Source of the DNA: the human T2T-CHM13v2.0 reference genome, Homo sapiens
Assembly (NCBI RefSeq): GCF_009914755.1
Contig: NC_060926.1
Length of the DNA: 64,000 nt
Direction: 5' to 3' (one strand)
Under the pieces are notes generated by a model that was not told the origin of the DNA, did not search any database, and was given only the letters and a program-made list of their open reading frames with translations. Shown here one piece after another: positions 1-16,939 of this stretch (positions within the stretch are counted from its first letter, which is position 1; every line of letters begins with the position of its first letter). A program made the translations under genes and the position numbers.

Positions 1-179
1 CTCAAAATGAATCAGAGACTTAAAATCCAAGATTCTAAAACATATAGCTTTAAATATTAAATTGTATTCATACATGGGACAATGGGATTTAAACTTCAAT
101 GAAATCAACAAGCCATAGGTATGTGAATCAACATGAATAAATTTCCCAAATACATTGTTCATTTAAAAAAGCAATACAA

Positions 180-488
180 GGCCTGGCGTGGTGGTACATG
201 CCTGTAATGCCAGCACTTTGAGAGGCCAAGGCGGGCAGATTGCTTGAGCTCAGGAGTTCGGGAACAGCCTGGGCAAAATGATGAAACCCCATCTTTACAA
301 AAAGTACGAAAATTAGTCCAGCATAGTGGCACTTGCCTGTGTTCCCAGCTACTCAAGACTGAGGTGGGAAGATCCCTTGAACCCAGGAGGTCCAGGCTGC
401 AGTGAGTCAAAATCACACGACTGCAGTTCAACCTGGTTGACAGAGTGAGACCCTGTTTCCAAAAAAAAAAAAAAAAAAGCAAAAACAC
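180..488 (+). mobile_element. AluJ SINE, full length
   Basis: GGCC..GTGGTGG..CCTGTAAT start, two arms, J-type CTTGAGCTCAGGAG/AGGCTGCAGTGAG, A tail; TSD AAAAGCAATACA at 167-178 and 489-500. Confidence 0.93.
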
Positions 489-499
489 AAAAGCAATAC

Positions 500-855
500 A
501 TAAAATATGTTTTATGATTGTATGTATATCATGGTTTCATATATCATGATTTCAAATACAGAGAAAAATAGGGTTTACAAAATGGAAGAAGTAAACTGTA
601 GTGTCTATGGCTGCATGCTTACGTGATAAAGGAAAGGAAAAAAATCTCCATAACGGTGTGGCTCCTTACACTGAGGAGACAGGGAAGTGATAATGACTAA
701 GAGAAGCAAATGAGAGCTTCTGGGCTTCTGGCAGTATCATCTCATTTTAAACTGCATGTGGTTATACCAATATTCACCTTATGATAATACTTATACCAAC
801 TTTCCGTCTTTATTTTATGCACTATTTCTGTGTAGGTATAATTTATAATAAAAAT
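500..855 (+). mobile_element. old L1M (L1MC/ME-like) 3' end fragment
   Basis: degenerate 3'-end pattern (GTGGTTATACC..TTTATGCAC..TTTCTGTGTA..TAATAAAAA); recalled similarity only. Confidence 0.45.
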
Positions 856-1156
856 TCTAAAGTGAAAATTAAGAAACCTAAATAAGATTGTGGGTGTCCG
901 TGAGTGTGGAGGGATTTTAACGAGTTCCAAAGCCCTTGTCTTATCAGAAAAAAAAGATAAAAACTATTAACTTCAGACACTAATAGCAAAATTTAAAATA
1001 CGCATGTTAAAAATTAAATAAAACAAAACTTCTAACTTGCAAAACAATGGGAAACAAAAGGTAAGAAAGAGAATGTGGTCAAACAGACACTAGGAACGAG
1101 ATTACAACAGTAACTCTCAGAAAGATTGCAGAAGGACTAAATGCAAGTATTCACAT

Positions 1157-1780
1157 GTGGCAGAAACTGCTACATTTCCCCAAAGTCCTTTTTCCCCAGG
1201 ATAGGATTTTTACATGACTTCTCAGCACCCAGAATACAAACATGTTTCAGCCTCTCATGAAGCTAAGTGTGGCCATGAAACTAAGTTCTTGTCAGTTGGA
1301 TATAAGTAGAAGTTTTGAATTGCAGCTTCCGAGAACTTTTTTTTAGTAAGGAGCTACAAGAGTGCTTTTATTGAAATGTTTAATAACAGTTAAATCTTGC
1401 CCCAGGAAGGCAGGCTGTGTTAAAAATCAGGCACAGAGTTTGATTATAAAAGTGGCATTAAATACAAAAGAGATTGATTCACGGCTTCATCAAGACCCTA
1501 ATTAAAAGCCTTCTTCCGTTTTCTTTAAGACTTCCTGTGTTGCACTGCTTGCACAAAAAACATAAGGTCCTGTATCTCGATCATGGATGGTGAAGCTGAA
1601 GACCATCAACAGAGGAACATGTAAATGAAAGCTAATGAAAGCCAAAAGCTCTGAGTCCCTGAGGCTCTCCTGAATAATGGCCACCACAGCAGGCCTTGAC
1701 TGAATGCCTCTGGACTTCTATCTAGTTTATCACTATTATTTTAGGTCTCTATCATCTACAGAAAAACTTAATACTAAATA
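1157..1780 (+). mobile_element. MLT1 (G/H/J-like) MaLR LTR, degenerate
   Basis: TGTGGCAG start and CAGCCTC..AGCTAAGTGTGGCCATGAAACTAAGTTC core typical of MLT1. Confidence 0.55.
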
Positions 1781-1819
1781 AAAAAACTGCAAGAAAAGTT
1801 TAGTATTTTTGAAGTAGCC

Positions 1820-2731
1820 TGTGCTAGTTTCAGACATGTCTTATACCCCACTTCTAATCTCTTAACTCTGTCTCGAGTTACTCCCAAAGCTTCAACTGCA
1901 GACCTTCACTGTCTTTGCACAGAATGTAACCAGAGAGTGTCTAAGTCTGAGAGCCCTTGCTGCACAGTGATATCTACCTGCCTGGTCTTCTCTGATCTTG
2001 CAGCATGATCTGCAACTCAGAAACAGTCATCTTTACCCAACTGGAGTGGGAGCCATTAGATACTGTTTCTTATCTTTCCTTGTGTGGACAGTTCTGAGAT
2101 ATTTCATTAAACTTATCCGAAGCTCGCATAAATCTGAGTCCCGTTTCCCTAAGGTGATAGCACACTCCACATGCATCCTGGTCTTGTCTTTCTCTTCTTC
2201 CCTGAGTGACTCACAGTGCCTCTCTTCCCTGCTGGATGGGATCACTTCTCAAATAACCTGACTCCACAGATGTCTTTGACATGATTTCCGCCCATTTCAG
2301 CCCCATGCTGTGCTCCTCTCTCTTCCTGCCTCAGGGCTTCCGATGCCTTGAGGAAGATGACTCATTCGGGAAAACCCACCAAGGCTGCTGGATAATAAAA
2401 GATGCAAGACCTGGAAGTGCAGGGGAGTTAATGCCTTGTACCACCCTTGACCAAGGGGAATGGAAGATAAGGAATAGATGTTTTCACTTCTTTTCTTTTG
2501 AACCATTCTGAGGTTTATTTCCTAAATCTGCTAAGAATGTCCCACAGAATTGAGGGTCATTGCCTGTATTATGGACTGACTTGATAACACATCCTTGTGT
2601 TGTTTTTCCTTCTTCCATCTTTCACTTTCGGTCCATCTCTTATCTCCTGGGACCACTCTCTCAGCAAACCACCTGCCTGCACGTACTATTATACATCAAG
2701 TTCTGTTTACAGGAGAACCCGCAGAAAGTCA
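1820..2731 (+). mobile_element. LTR16/LTR33-like ERVL LTR(s), degenerate
   Basis: GGGGAGTTAATGCC..ACCCTTGACCAAGGGG motif and 3' end TCTGTTTACAGGAGAACCC..AAAGTCA resembling LTR16; 5' boundary uncertain. Confidence 0.5.
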
Positions 2732-3134
2732 GTGTTCGGTGAGTGTGGGCTTGTTATTATTATTATTATTTATATATATACACTTGAATATTCCATCATT
2801 AATAATTTTTATGAAATTGAAAAATGATACTTATCGACATTTTACATAGTGCCAACTCCTAGTCCTACCGTTGTGGGGTACAAATGATCCCAAATATTTA
2901 AAAAATTATCTATGCTTCCAACTTGGAAGTCACTGTTGAAATTTCTCTGAACTCATCTTAGCATGTCCAATTACTTGATCTCGTCAATTTTTTACTCATG
3001 TAGCATAATCAATCTTTTACTTGCTAGTCAGGTTGCCACCACCATTGTCAAATCACTCACAGATGGTGCAACTCCTAAATGCAGTGATGGTTCCCGGCCA
3101 GTCCACACTACTCCTCTTCAACTCTAACTTCCTT

Positions 3135-3345
3135 CATTGAGCAAGTATTTCTGAGCATACACTGTGTCAGTTGCTTTTATTTATATTAACTTGTTTAATT
3201 CTTGTGAAATGAAGATAGACATTATTATCCTTGCTTAATAATTGAGGGTTCTGAGCCTCTGATTGGGTCACCAAATGGTGTGGCCAGAAGTGATTACAAC
3301 TGGATTTAAAACCAAGATCGGTTGACTTCAGTTCTCATGATGGTT
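3135..3345 (-). mobile_element. MIR SINE
   Basis: ATTATTATCC..TGAGG..CTGAG..GGATTTAAAACCAAG antisense MIR pattern. Confidence 0.55.
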
Positions 3346-3642
3346 CGTCTACATGTCAGTCTCTTCAGAGTTCGCTTTTGGTTTCCTCCTTCATCAAATC
3401 TGAGACACATAGTTATTTCTCACTGACTCCAATAAGACCAATCAGGCAAAGCTCGATGTCACGCAGCTTTTCCACAATCTGCTGGGTAAATGTGATCCGT
3501 GTGTTCTCCTAGTGGCTTTCTTTTTTGCTTGTTTTCAGTCTCTTCCATTTCTTCTCTATTCTTCCACTATGCTTGCTTTCTGCCAAAAAGGGTTACTTTT
3601 TGGCCATGCCACTTATTCTTAGAATCTTAGAATTTTGAGGCA

Positions 3643-4013
3643 TTTTTTAACTTTTATTTTAGGTTTGGGGGTACATGTGGAGATTTGTTATGTAGGTAAA
3701 CTTGTGTCATGGGGAATTGTCGTATAAATTATTTCATCACCCAGGAATTAAGCCCAGTACCCAGTAGTTATCTTTCTTGCTCACCTCTCTCCTTCCACCC
3801 TCCGCCCTCAAGTAGACCCCACTGTCTATTTCCTTCTTTGTGTTCATATGTTTTCATAATTTAGCTCCCACTTATAAGTGAGAACATACAGTATTTGGTT
3901 TTTCCGTTCCCGCAGTTGTTTGCTAAGGATAATTAGCTTCCAGCTTTATCCATGTTCCTGCAAAACACATGATCTCATTCTTTTTTATGGCTGCATAGTA
4001 TTCCATGGTGTAT
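3643..4013 (-). mobile_element. L1PA13-16-like LINE-1 3' end, 5'-truncated
   Basis: T-rich start, GGGGTACATGTG..GGTAAACTTGTGTCATGGGG, AGCTCCCACTTATAAGTGAGAAC, TATGGCTGCATAGTATTCCATGGTG. Confidence 0.9.
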
Positions 4014-4369
4014 CTTTTCATCACAGCTCCTCCTTCTACTGTTGAATAAGCTCAGACCCAGAAAGCTTAAGTGACTTCCTCAGAATGGCACACTTAACTT
4101 AGATAGAGAATGGAGCTCTGTCTCCTTTCTTCTAGTCAAGAGTTTATAACATAGGACCTGTATTTCTCATGTTTATCTTAATTTCATATTTTTCTCTAAT
4201 TGGTCAACTCTTGAACCTACCTTCTTGGATTACTCACAATTTGGTGAATATATAATGATATTAATTTATCATTTTAGAAATGTTCTTCTATCTTCCTCAT
4301 ATATGCCTGCCTTTTTTCCCACTCTTCTTTCCTTTCTTCTTTTCTTCTATTCATTCCTCAACCGCAGGG

Positions 4370-4880
4370 AATATGGCAGTGAAGAGCACACAATCCTTGC
4401 CCGTGGGAACATAGAATCTTGCATGATGAACAGATTTATTACAATTAAACTGTGATTGTATTACATGCTGCATGTACTAAGTGGAGATAGAAGCTAGTCT
4501 GAGGGACCTAGCAAGGTTTCCCTGAAAAATGATGGGAAAATAATTCCTGATGCACAGAGCAACAGACGGAGAATCATGGACAGAAGAAGCAGATGGGAGA
4601 GCCCTGAGGTGGACAGAGGCTGCTTCTTCTAAGGCAGAGGCCCTGTGAGGGCAGAGCTGGGAGGGAGTGGGGAGCCAAGCGAGGAAGCTGAGAGGGAACC
4701 TGGGATTCAACTGAGCAGGATTTCACAGGTGCTGTTCAGGTTTTTAAAATTAATCTCAAAGGAAATGAAAGCCATTGAAACTTTTAGGCAGCAGAGTGGT
4801 ATGATGCGATCTGAATTTATATCCTGGGGTTTTTGAAGAGTGAGTTTGAGGAGGTGAGGAAGAGAGTTCAAGAGGCTTTT
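4370..4880 (-). mobile_element. L2 LINE fragment
   Basis: GAAAGCCATTGAAACTTTTAGGCAGCAGAGTGGTATGATGCGATCTG and similar antisense L2 blocks. Confidence 0.55.
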
Positions 4881-5269
4881 GTGTCAGACCAAGGGAGCCC
4901 AGGAGAACCCCCATGCATGGGGAGCAACAGCTAGAGGCAGGTGTACCCCAGAAGAGGGTCCGGTTGGGGGACGAACCTGTGCATTGCCAACACCGACCTC
5001 ATGTCCGCAGACTTCTCTATCGTTGAGACTGCCCAGGACAGGGCTAGAAAGTGAGGAAAATTGCTTATTTCAGCACTTTCAATCCTTAATTAGGATTAAA
5101 AGGCAAGATTAGTATAGGCGACAGGAAAAGAAGAAAAAAGGACCAAGGAGAAAATCAAACTAAATTTCAAATCTTAAATCAGGGAATGAGCAGCCAGCTG
5201 GAGCTGGTCTCGCGCTAGTACATCTGACTAGAATGAATTTTACCTCTCTGTCTTTCCGGCAAGCTTTAA

Positions 5270-5515
5270 TTCATCCTTCAAGGAATGTCCCATGAATCGG
5301 TTCTGAGAATACCTCCCTAAGTGAACTCAAAGCAAGCTGTTCTTTCCACTGCGTTTGTACGTCTACTGAAGCAATCACTGCGTCCTGTTACATTTCCTTG
5401 TGGAGTATCCACTGCATGCTGAATGTGAGTTCTCTGAAGACAGGTCAAGGTGTCTTATTCAGTCCTGTATGCCCAATCATTAAATTAAGCATTCGATAAA
5501 TTTTTATTGATTTCA
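5270..5515 (+). mobile_element. L2 LINE 3' end
   Basis: AATGTGAGTTCTCTGAAGACAGG..TGTCTTATTCA..GCATTCGATAAAT. Confidence 0.5.
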
Positions 5516-7654
5516 CATTTATTAAAGTTCACATCCAGACTTTGTCTTTTTTACATATGTATCCTTCACCCCTAAAATCTGAGTTCTAACATTTCTTCTT
5601 CTCATGATTAATGGCATGGGAACACAAGATTGTCATAGAGAAGGATACACAAAGACACTTTTGTTTGAACGTTGTGTCTTTTTAATTTATTTCTCTCAGA
5701 TCAATGTAGCCATGCCATCCCTTTCTTTTCTCTAAAATTAAATGGAAGTTCAATGTGGATTTTCTCCTAATCATATAATAATACAGATATAAGAATTGTT
5801 CAAAAGGAAACTAGGAATTGACTAAACAACCCTCATTGACTATTTTTAATAAACGAACCAAATATCTTTGCACTAGTTGCATGTGTAACATGGGGCCAGA
5901 AAAATACAAAGCTACAATGTCTTTGTAAAAATAAATTTAGAAAATAAATCCAAATTGGGGTGAATTTCCAGACAGTAAAATGATTTAACTATGATTTAAC
6001 ACTTCCCTAGAAACACTGAAAAATTCATTTTCGAAGCTATATTAAAAGACTTTAAAATGGGCTTGTCCAAGCAAGAGCTGGTGAACCGTCTCACTGACTA
6101 GCATGGGTGTGAGGTGAGCATGCCAACCGGCAGGATCCTTGGCTGGGCAGCCTCTGCCGCACTAAAGTCAAAGCTGCGAGATGAAAAGGATGATACTTGC
6201 TTCCTCTGGGTCCATTAAGTGTGCAAAAGAATGAAGTGTCTGTGTGCATGAGACAAGATGAGGATTGAAGAGGATGGAAATAGAAGCCCGAATTACCAAA
6301 AGAAAAGCAAAAGTTACTCTCATTTCTTTAATAGAATTCCCTACTGAAAACAATAATGACAAAAACAACAGAACAAAACAACTCAATTCATTGGTTTTAA
6401 GGTGGGAATTGTAAAGGGTGAAAGTGGACAGATTGCAAAATACCACCAGAACCCACAAGTTGACAACTGTCCACTATCCGACGGAGTCATAGTGCCTAAA
6501 TTATCTTCGGGTTCCCCGGAACATTGCAGGTAATAAAGCAGAGTAATGACTCAAGCTCCGTTATTTATTCATCTTACGCAGAGTCTGAAAAGCCATAAAA
6601 CCCTGCACTGATGGATGTAAATTGTCTCAGACAATTAGTTCCAATTGTCTGATAGCAAATTTGAACTCTCTGCAGCTTAATAATCAGAAAGCCTTGGAAC
6701 CCAGATTGAAGTCAAGTCAAGGGAAGAAACCCTGATGTGGCTTTGCAAACAGATGTGTAATGACCTCACCATGCCAGGAGAACAGTGGTAGGAATCCATT
6801 TAAATCTGCAGCCCAGGACACTGTACCACAAACAAATGTTACAAATCAAATATAAATGTGCAGCTCTTACGTGTACTATTGGATGGTAACAAAATTCGTG
6901 CTGTAAGTAAGCAAAAGTGCTATTTCATTCTTGAGTGTCTCACCCAGGATTCTGTTAATAAGTAAAAGATGCTGCTTGGAGAAAAAACTAGTGGCAGGAG
7001 TCTGTGAAAAAAAATTGCAAAAATAAAGGTATGTGTCTACATATGAAATACCCTCAGATGGGAAGGCTTCGTTATCCTCCTGAGTGCAGATAATTTTCCC
7101 GCTGTCTTCACACTGGCCAAAACTAATAAATGTATAAAATGTATATAGAAATGAGTAGCCTGAGTAATCATAGAATGTTAAATGAGAAAAAAATAGATCA
7201 GATTTGTCCTAAGATTATATTTTATCAGTGTGGTAAATTATGTCTTAAAGAAAGTTTATTTGCCCGGGGTCACACCGCTAGTAGGTGGCAATGCTAATTT
7301 AGGAGATGTTAAACCTACATCTCCTAAATTCCTGGTTACTCCCCTTCCACCTATCAGCACTCACTTGTTGTTAAAAAAAATAAAAAATAAAATAAAATCC
7401 ATGAGCCCTGCATTTGATTTAGTATGTGTAGTGAAACAACAACAACAAAAAGAAATAGAACGTGGATAAATAATCCCTACTCATAAAAAATATAGCATCC
7501 TAGAGCTACAAAGGCCCTAAAAGGCCATCCACCCAACCCTGTTTTCTGTGCATATACGGATACATATATGTATACATACTCAGATACAGACATTCTCAAA
7601 CAAATACATTGCGCTAAAGCACTCCTTGCTCCTTTCCATCCTCCATGAACTCTT

Positions 7655-8040
7655 TATTCTGAATGTCCTAAACGACAAGAAATTCATTTCTTCCTGTGAC
7701 AGCCCGGTTCCATTTCGGAAGCTCTGACCATTACAAAACTCATTTCACTGGGACAAAATCTATTTCCCACCGGTTCAGGCTCCAACCTTTAGGGCCCATG
7801 GGAAGACAGCCACCCCGTCCCCTGTAACTGCCTTCACAAAAGTGAAGCCTGCTCTCAGGAATCCCTGAGGATTCTGTTCTCCAGGGCAGACTTCTCCAAT
7901 GTCCCAGCCATTCTTGTAATATGCCCATTCTTCTCAGAACAGAACCCTGCTTCTCCATATTCTGACACTGTGGCATCCAAGAAGGACAGCAAAAGTCCAG
8001 GGGAGTGTGACCACTGGAAAGTAGAGGAAACAATACTAGA
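7655..8040 (-). mobile_element. L3/CR1 LINE fragment
   Basis: GACAGCCCGGTTCCATTTCGGAAGCTCTGACCATTACAAAA and GTGGCATCCAAGAAGGACAGCAAAAGTCCAGG..TGACCA resemble antisense L3. Confidence 0.5.
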
Positions 8041-8128
8041 TTGTGGAGTTTGCTAGTTACAATAGTCACATGGAGTGTTTTTTAAAATGTCTATTTGAAT
8101 TCTGCCAGGACTCTGGTGTTTTGGAAAG

Positions 8129-8130
<2 letters not shown>

Positions 8131-8173
<43 letters not shown>
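8131..8173. repeat. (AC)21 microsatellite
   Basis: perfect dinucleotide run. Confidence 0.98.
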
Positions 8174-8174
<1 letters not shown>

Positions 8175-9096
8175 CTCTCTACTGTTTATCTGAGCTTACC
8201 ATTTCTTCAGTCCATTCACTTTCACAACTGCTATGACCATTATCACCACTACTGCCACTGTCATTATGCAATCACTACCCCAGTCAGGGAGTGGCTACAC
8301 TTTGGCAGGCATGGTGATAAGGACTTTTCTCTCATTGTCTTATTAAATTATCCAAAAAAACTTTTGCCTCTGCAGGCTTAATGGCATCTCAAAATGAAAA
8401 TCTGACTTCTGTATTCATCTAACTCACGATAAGTGTGAACAGTTCAAAGCCTTTCTAGCTTTCCCTATAAACATTTATACTAAGTTCATAGAGATGCATT
8501 AAAAGCCTAGTTTATAATCCTGCAGGCATTTTTACTCCCATGTATATTATATTTAATACATTATATATAATAATAAATCATTGCAAGATCCCATTTTTCT
8601 TTCCTTTTAGCAACTGATGCACTGTGAGGGGCTACAGTTGCTGAGATGTTTTTTTCCCGTGCCTTTCTAGAGAAAGTGAATGGCCACAAACATAGTTCTG
8701 ATGTATCTTACTTGTAGCTGGGAAAAACATGGCAGGAAACTTTAGAAGGAGGGAAACAGGACAACCATAGCAAGCGCCCTTCACTGCCGCTGCATCCACA
8801 TTTCCCCCGCAAGGGGTTTGCTTTCCCTGCCTCTGTGGCGAGCACTGGCAGATATGTGGACCCAGAGCAGGTGAAGTGAGGAGCTGGGCCTCTCACACTC
8901 AAGTCAGGGCAGCTGATAGCAGCTGGGATGATGTAAGGAGATCACGGTCAGCAAGACTAAGATGGGACTCTTAGAGGATTACTCGGGTTAAGAGGAAACT
9001 CCAAGACCATCATCAGAAGGAGGAGAGCACTTGAGAAAATGAGCACAGAGCTCATGTACCATGAGCAGGAACCATGTAGGAATCAAGGAGCATATT

Positions 9097-10181
9097 TGTG
9101 TATGCTTCACAAAGTTCTCATGTTGTGTTTTTCAGCTCCATCAGGTCATTTATGTCCTTCCCTAAACTGGTTATTCTAGTTAACAATTCCTCTAACCTTT
9201 TTTCAAGGTTCTTAGCTTCCTTGCATTGGGTTAGAACATGCCCCTTTGGCTCAGAGGAGTTTGTTATTACCTACCTTCTGAAGCCTACTTCTATTAATTC
9301 ATCAAACTTATTCTCTGTCCAGTCTTGTTCCCTTGGTGGTGAGGAATTGTGATTCTTCAGAGGAGAAGAGGAGTTCTGGTTTTTGGAATTTTCAGCCTTT
9401 TTGCATTGGTTTATTCTCATCTTTGTGGATTTTTCTACCTTTGGTCTTTGATGTTGGTGACCTTCAGATAGGGTTTTTGTGTGGATGTCCTTTTTGTTGA
9501 TGTTGATGCTATTCTTTTCTGTTTGTTAGTTTTTCTTCTAACAGTCAGGCCCCTCTGCTACAGGTCTGCTGGAGTTTGCTGGAGGTCCACTCCAGACCCT
9601 GTTTGCCTGGGTATCACCAGTGGAGGCTGCAGAACAGCAAAAATTGCTGCCTGTTCCTTCCTCTGGAAGCTTCATCCCAGAGGGACACATGCCACATGCA
9701 GACAGGAGCTCTCCTGTCTGAATTGTCTGTCGACCCCTGTTGGGAGGTGTCTCCCAGCCAGGAGGCATGGGTGTCAGTGACCCACTTGAGGAGACAGTCT
9801 GTCCCTTAGCAGAGCTCAAGTGCTGTGCTGGGAGATCTGCTGCTCTCTTCAGAGCCAGCAGGCAGGAACATTTAAGTCTGCTGAAGCTGCGCCCATAGCC
9901 ACCTCTTCTGCCAGGTTCTCTGTCCCAGGGAGATGGGAGTTTTATCTATAAGCCCCTAACTGGGGTTGCTGCCTTTCTTTCAGAGATGCCATGCCCAGAG
10001 AGGAGGAATCTAGAGAGGCAGTCTGGCTACAGTGGCTTTGCTGAGCTGCAGTGGTCTCCGCCCAGTTCAAAATTCCCAGCGGCTTTGTTTACACTGTGAG
10101 GGGAAAACCTCATACTCAAGCCTCAGTAATGGTGGACACCCCTCTCCTCACCAAGCCCAAGTGACCCAGATTGACTTCAGA

Positions 10182-10184
<3 letters not shown>
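9097..10184 (-). mobile_element. L1PA7-like LINE-1, inverted segment (part of 5'UTR and ORF1 N-terminus)
   Basis: antisense ORF1 (TGTGTATGCTTCAC, GTTCTTAGCTTCCTTGCATTGGGTTAGAACATG) followed by antisense 5'UTR (GGAGGTCCACTCCAGACCCTGTTTGCCTGGGTATCACCAG). Confidence 0.92.
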
Positions 10185-14411
<4,227 letters not shown>

Positions 14412-14589
14412 GGAGAAATGTTTTAATTTTTCTCAAGAAGTTTAACCATGTAGTTCTCTGTATTGAACAGTAATTTTCTCCTTTATTTTCTAACTTGTAT
14501 GAAACGATAAGAGTGCCTGTTTACAAATCCTGAGAGTTGTGAAGGTAATAAAAGAATAAGTGACTTTAGACTTCTCTACTGCCAAATTG

Positions 14590-14780
14590 AGTCTATGTTG
14601 TGATGCAGAGAGGCCTGAATTTAAGCTCAAGAGGCATAAAGGTATGTAACCTCTGGCCAGTATGTATATTCACATTTGTTTATCTCATTTATAAGTTAGG
14701 CACAATAAGACTTCATCCAAAATGTTTTGAGGAATAAGAAAATGACAAAATTACAGTAAAAATGTTTGTAAATAAGTAAA
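14590..14780 (+). mobile_element. MIR SINE, degenerate
   Basis: GGCCTGAATTTAAG..TGTAACCTCTGGCCAG..TTATCTCATTTATAA..GAGGAATAAG. Confidence 0.4.
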
Positions 14781-16939
14781 ATATAAATAAGAACTTGGAA
14801 CTGGATTTCCATACCACCAAAGACTGTGCAGGAGGCAAAACTCAATTTCAAGCACTTCTTGCTAACTTGACCTTCATCATAAATGTCCCCTCTTCTTGTA
14901 AAGGGCAGTTTTTAAAGACCCCATCTCCTACAGGTTTTCAAAGCAGGCCCCACCATGTGACACAGATGTGGATTAATAGCATCCTATCTAGAGAACTCAT
15001 AGTGAATACTATTTGGTGTCAAAGTAGTAATTAAATACAGCAAAAAAGCAAATCAGGTCCTCTGAATGTTAATCTCATTATCGCCCTCTCAGAACTACTT
15101 GCCAAAAAGTTAACAGCCATTCAAGCTCTGCTGTTCAGCCAATCAGAATATTAAATTAATCAGTGTGGCCCTGACATAAATATTGCCAAGGAAGCTAATC
15201 CTTTGCTTTGAGCATATCAACAAGGACACAAGAAGGCTCTGGGGAAAATTGCAATATATTTTTTACTATTTAATTTTTTGTGTCTTTTTAGAAGTAAGAT
15301 AATATGCCTCCATTCTTATTCCTTACTTTACTTCTTGACTCAAAAATAATTGACAAGTTCCTTTTTTAAAAAAAATTATATTTTTATTCATAAAAGGAGA
15401 TATTATTACATAGATTTTGATATAAAGTGGAAAAAAATAAGGGTTAGAATCTTAAAGTGAAACAAGTGTCCACCTTCAGGAAATGTCCCATTCTTGCAAA
15501 TAGGATTCATGGTGAATAAACATAATCTTTGAAAATAATGAATGCTAACCAAATTTCCTCTCTTTTCAAACTTCTGTATTTGATTTTATAGTCATCTATA
15601 ACTACATTGTGTACCTGAGCAAGATGGAATAATGTCGGCATCTTCTAGCTCTTTGCTAATGAAACTCATTGTATTCTTGGAAAAAAAAATATGCCCAAGT
15701 GAACAAAATATTCTTTGGCAGAGTCCCTCGCCCAACCTCTGCTATGATAGTCACAGCTATTTCATGGTCTTGTCAACAAGAATCACACCTGAAGGATAAG
15801 ACCTGGATGCTCACTCTGCTTCGCACCCACGTGCTTAGTTCCATTTATTTAATCTACATTGACTCAATGTTGATTAGAATAGAATAGTTTTCAGTCTAGC
15901 AAGCCATGGAACCCTAAAATGAATGAATATTTTGCCTTCACGGAGTCTCTTTTCTGTGAGACTTGTACATGACTGCCCACAAGCCAGCATTTTAAGAATA
16001 CCATATGGACAAATAATTGCTGCTTCCAGTCTGTAGTAAAAGCCTGAAAAAAAAAAAACTGAAATAAAACCAGACCCATAACTCTTTGAGTCTATTACTA
16101 TTCGTTGGCTAAATGTGCACATTTCTGTTAATTGTGATTCTGACGATAGAGAGGGCTTCTTTGAGGTGACAGACAAACAGCAGGGTATCATGAATATGTA
16201 TGGTGCATCTGAGAAAATAAATGAACAGGGGCCAGCTACTCTGGTGACCCACTTAGATTGTCAGCGATGAGTGTGACAGTGAGGGTCTGTATTGCATGAA
16301 TTTGCATGACAGAATTTCCTACCTATCAACTCATTTACTTCATGCATTTGGATTATTTTAAGCACTAAATTGTAGTGAGATAATTAATCACTAATTCACC
16401 AATACTGACATTAAAGAACAAGAGACACGTTATTGCTGATTACCACTTAAAACTAAAGCTCACAGGGTTACACCTCAGAAGGTGCGAAAGGAGTGTGTTT
16501 AACATGTGAATTCTCTTGGTTCCCATTGATCTGGGTGTTTTTCTGAAAACGATGAGATGAGTTGGTGCAATATCTTTCCTCAGCCTTCACCATTTTGCTT
16601 CAGTTCAGAACCTTATTTAATTTTTAAAAATGTCTGTTCATTTATAAATGAGATATATTAACTAAGTTTGAACCAACAGATAGAAATTGTCCTGATGGCT
16701 AAGATGAAAACATAGTTGGTAATTACCTAGTTATTTTAATTACTTAATTATTTTGGGTTAACATGGTTTGGGGCCTGAAGAATCAGCTTAATTTGTGTAT
16801 ATATTTCCAAGTATAGTATTTCTAGGGTTTAGTAATGCAAATTATTTTGTCACTAGATTTCTAGAACAATAATAATGAATATCTTATTTATTAATACATT
16901 TTCTATTTATAACTTTCTCTGACTATTAGTCAGCAGCTG

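Noticed and set aside
1410-1540. Possible small DNA transposon inside the MLT1 LTR
   Set aside because: Only weak CAGG..CCTG ends; I could not assign a family or TSD.
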